Translations under genes and position numbers: made by a program
Shown here: positions 61,251 to 64,000 of the stretch, in pieces
How the letters are laid out: each line of letters begins with the position of its first letter
Numbering within the stretch: the first letter of the stretch is position 1
Source: Leucoraja ocellata
Lineage: Eukaryota
Length of the DNA: 64,000 bases
Assembly (NCBI GenBank): GCA_036785375.1
Contig: JAWMAR010000245.1
Coordinates: 310,001 to 374,000, forward strand
Direction: 5' to 3'
The notes under the pieces: model-generated
Databases searched by the model: none
What the model was told of the DNA's origin: nothing
What the model saw: the letters and a program-made list of their open reading frames with translations, nothing else

Positions 61251-61300
61251 TGTGTGTGGAGAGCTGCACATAGGTGGAGATAATGGAACCAAGGAGAGAG

Positions 61301-61436
61301 ATCAGCCTGAAGAAGGGTCTCGACCCGAAACGTCACCCATTCCTTCTCTCCATAGATGCTGCCTGACCTGCTGAGTTACTCCAGCATTTTGTGTCTACCT
61401 TCGATTTAAACCAGCATCTGCAGTTGTTTCCCACAC
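61301..61436 (+). mobile_element. PLE terminal repeat, single arm, with intact hammerhead core at 61307-61334
   Basis: CTGAAGA-a-GGGT(CTCG)ACCC-GAAA-C-GTC-accc, then the full arm and tail ...ccagcatctgcagttgtttcccacac. Confidence 0.85.
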
Positions 61437-64000
61437 AAGGAGAGGGAATGATGACTGAATGCTGGATATGATCGAGGTTGCAACGTGCAAAAGATGAGAT
61501 GCTGTGTTTTAGGCTTGTGGTGCATTTCATTGGGAAAGTAGGGGAAGCCAAAGATGGGTCAAAATGGGATGGGCTGGAGAATTGACGAGAGTGGCATTTG
61601 GAAATCCAGGTCACCCTTGTGTATCGAAGAGGTTTTCTGTGAAGTGACCACGCTATCATCATGTAAAGGCCATCGCATTGTAAGCACTGAATGCGATGCA
61701 CTAGTCTGGCAAAGTCCAAGTTAATTATGCATCACCTTGAAATTGTTTGGGTACCTGGATGGTGGGAAAGGATTGCCAGAGTTTAGAGTTTTCAACGTTG
61801 TACTCAATGTCATTTTTTTCATACTAAGTAGTATAAAACATGTAATAACTTGAAAAGTTGTGACAAATTGGATTTTAGATGCACATAGATGGACAAGGGC
61901 TGCTTAGGGATAGTCAGTATGGTTTGGTATGTGGGATAGCATCTACACTATCAACAATACCACCCACTTTAGTGTCATTTTGGGAAGTCTAACATGGGCA
62001 GGACCTACACAGTGAATGGGAATGAGCCACTAGCAGAGGTAGTTGAGGCAGGTACGATCGCAATATTTAAGAAACATTTAGACAGGTACATGGATAGGAT
62101 AGGTTTAGAGAGATATGGGCTAAACACAGGGAAGTGTAGACGGGACATGTTGGTCGGTGTGAGCAAGTTGGGCAAATGGGCCTGTTCTCACGCTACAAGA
62201 CTCTTATGAATCTAAATGCTCACCAACTAAAAATCATTCAAAAGTAGGGAATGAAGGATCATATCTGGCCATTGCACTGAACCCAGTACTGATATAAGTA
62301 CCCCTTCATTTTCAATTGAAACGGTTGGATTTTTGGCATAATTCAGAATATCATTCAAGCCAACATTCCACCAGGTCATGTAAGATATTCTGGCAGTTCA
62401 GGAGACGGAAGGGCTTTAGACTTTACAGTGATGAACAACATCCATTAATAAAAGCTATAGGGGTAGAGAATTATTAGCATATGTCAATGCGCATTAAAGT
62501 TGAAATAGCATTTGACTTTATAACCAGGGATAGTGCACTTGAACACAGAGGTAATTCGCAAATGATTGGATTGATGCTGCGTGAATGGGGAAAGAGGTCC
62601 TGCCTGATGTGCTAAGAGTTAATGATTTTGGCAGACAGGGTTTTCAACAAGGTATTGCATGAAATCTCACACAAAAGACTGTCACGTTTGTAAAGTCCAT
62701 GGAATGGAAGCAAATTGGTGACCAGGTTGGGGAGTTGGCTCAGTGCCAGGAGACAGAGTCGGGATAACTGGGCAAATAGCCAAGAATCTGTGTGTGGCAA
62801 CAACTATTAAACATATTTGTAAAAGATGGAAGGGAACGTTATATATCCATGTCTGTTGATGAGAAACAATGGCCAATTGGACAGCATTTTCTTTTTTAAA
62901 GGATTTAATTGCAACGAAATATTAGCAGATTGAGCAAATTGTCAAAACTGTAATCATGGTTTTCAGTGTGGACAATTGTGAAGTTATCAAGTTTGGATTA
63001 GGGCACTTTCTAACTGGTGAAAGGCTGATGGTGGAGATTTGGAATTTCATAAAGGCTTGTGTCCATTGTATTATGAGCATCATGGAAAAAACAGCAGTTC
63101 CGCATTGAAGTTGAGCTATAGCATTACAGTGTATTGGTTTTAGACCAAAGTTGGAATTTGTTAAGGGAGTTCTGGATACCACAGGTCCGGAGGAATGGCC
63201 ACACTTTTTTTTTTTAAGCAGATGAGGAGACGTCTTTGAAGGATGCTGGATGTTCTCATCACACCAGCTGCAAAGCCCTCCACAGTCAGAGCCGTGTTCA
63301 TCAGGGCTGCCCGTGGCATTGAATCTTCAAGATTCAATCAGTGCAGGAATTAGTGTAAAACAAATCACTGATGTCTTTTTTGGATAAACAACTGCAATTC
63401 AAAACTCTTGGCAATTATCAGCAGCATTAGAAAGCCGTTTCGTTTTGGGTATTTTGATACCCAAAGGAATTTTATGGTGCACAACACAATGGATGTGGCC
63501 CTCCATGCTGCAACATGCGACACCCAGACCCATATCTAGAGGTCATGCATTGGTGCTGAATTCTATAAGTTAGTGTTTATTATCAAGATGGAAGTAGTAG
63601 TCCCTATATTTGTTTTATCTAACAAGCCATTGCCTAATATTTGACCCTTGATGATGCAAAACTAGGTGAGATTGCAAGTACAGAAGAAGATATAAAGAGG
63701 CTTCAAGATATAGAGACAAGTCGAGTTAGGGAAGGTGGAATTATAATATGAGAAAATGCAAGGTTATTGGCTTAACTGCACAAAAGAACTGTGGTGATAT
63801 GTTAAGTGGTGATGTTCAGTCAGATCTAGCTGGGCTTGTATACTGAAAGCTAACATGCAGGTGCAACAAATAATTATGATGGCAAATGGTATATTGGCCT
63901 TTATTAAGAGTATTTGAAACCAGGAGGTCTTACTGAAATTGTGTGGGCCAGTTGAGATTGCCCTGAAGTGTACATTTTTGGTCACTTGCCATGGAGGAAG

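Noticed and set aside
48321-64000. WNT5 exon 2 or FBXL14 coding sequence expected from synteny
   Set aside because: No signal-peptide/NSWW exon and no F-box or LRR ORF was found by eye. They may lie beyond the window or in the gap, so no gene symbol was given to the exon-1 call.

Overview
Eukaryotic, repeat-rich vertebrate genomic DNA. The repeat complement (HE1/V-type tRNA-SINEs, Deu-domain SINEs, CR1 LINE 3' ends, Penelope-like fragments) points to a cartilaginous fish, probably a skate or ray (inference). Only one protein-coding gene is firmly readable: the last two coding exons of an ERC/ELKS gene, most similar to the long ERC1 isoform ending DILE.VVNALEESS (1331-1522 and 24170-24307, + strand, 22.6-kb last intron). 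A broad CpG-rich domain at about 41-52.7 kb holds a CpG-island promoter and a probable first exon ending ATGCAG|GTGAGT (48315-48320). ERC-WNT5 synteny suggests this is exon 1 of a WNT5 gene, but no Wnt-domain exon is in the window. The most striking hidden structure is a family of roughly 25 short Penelope-like-element (PLE) derived insertions. They carry a minimal hammerhead-ribozyme core (CTGA[A/T]GA-a-stem II-GAAAC-GT[C/T]) and many are asymmetric palindromes, including a perfect 80-bp stem and a perfect 92-bp palindrome. Most of the palindromic copies have 10-17-bp target duplications, and matching PLE RT and GIY-YIG remnants are present. Also present: two TIR MITEs, nested antiparallel CR1 insertions, a decayed 28-bp minisatellite and a 317-N assembly gap. 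Almost all ORFs in the supplied track are spurious or repeat-derived. All family assignments come from recalled motifs, not from searches.
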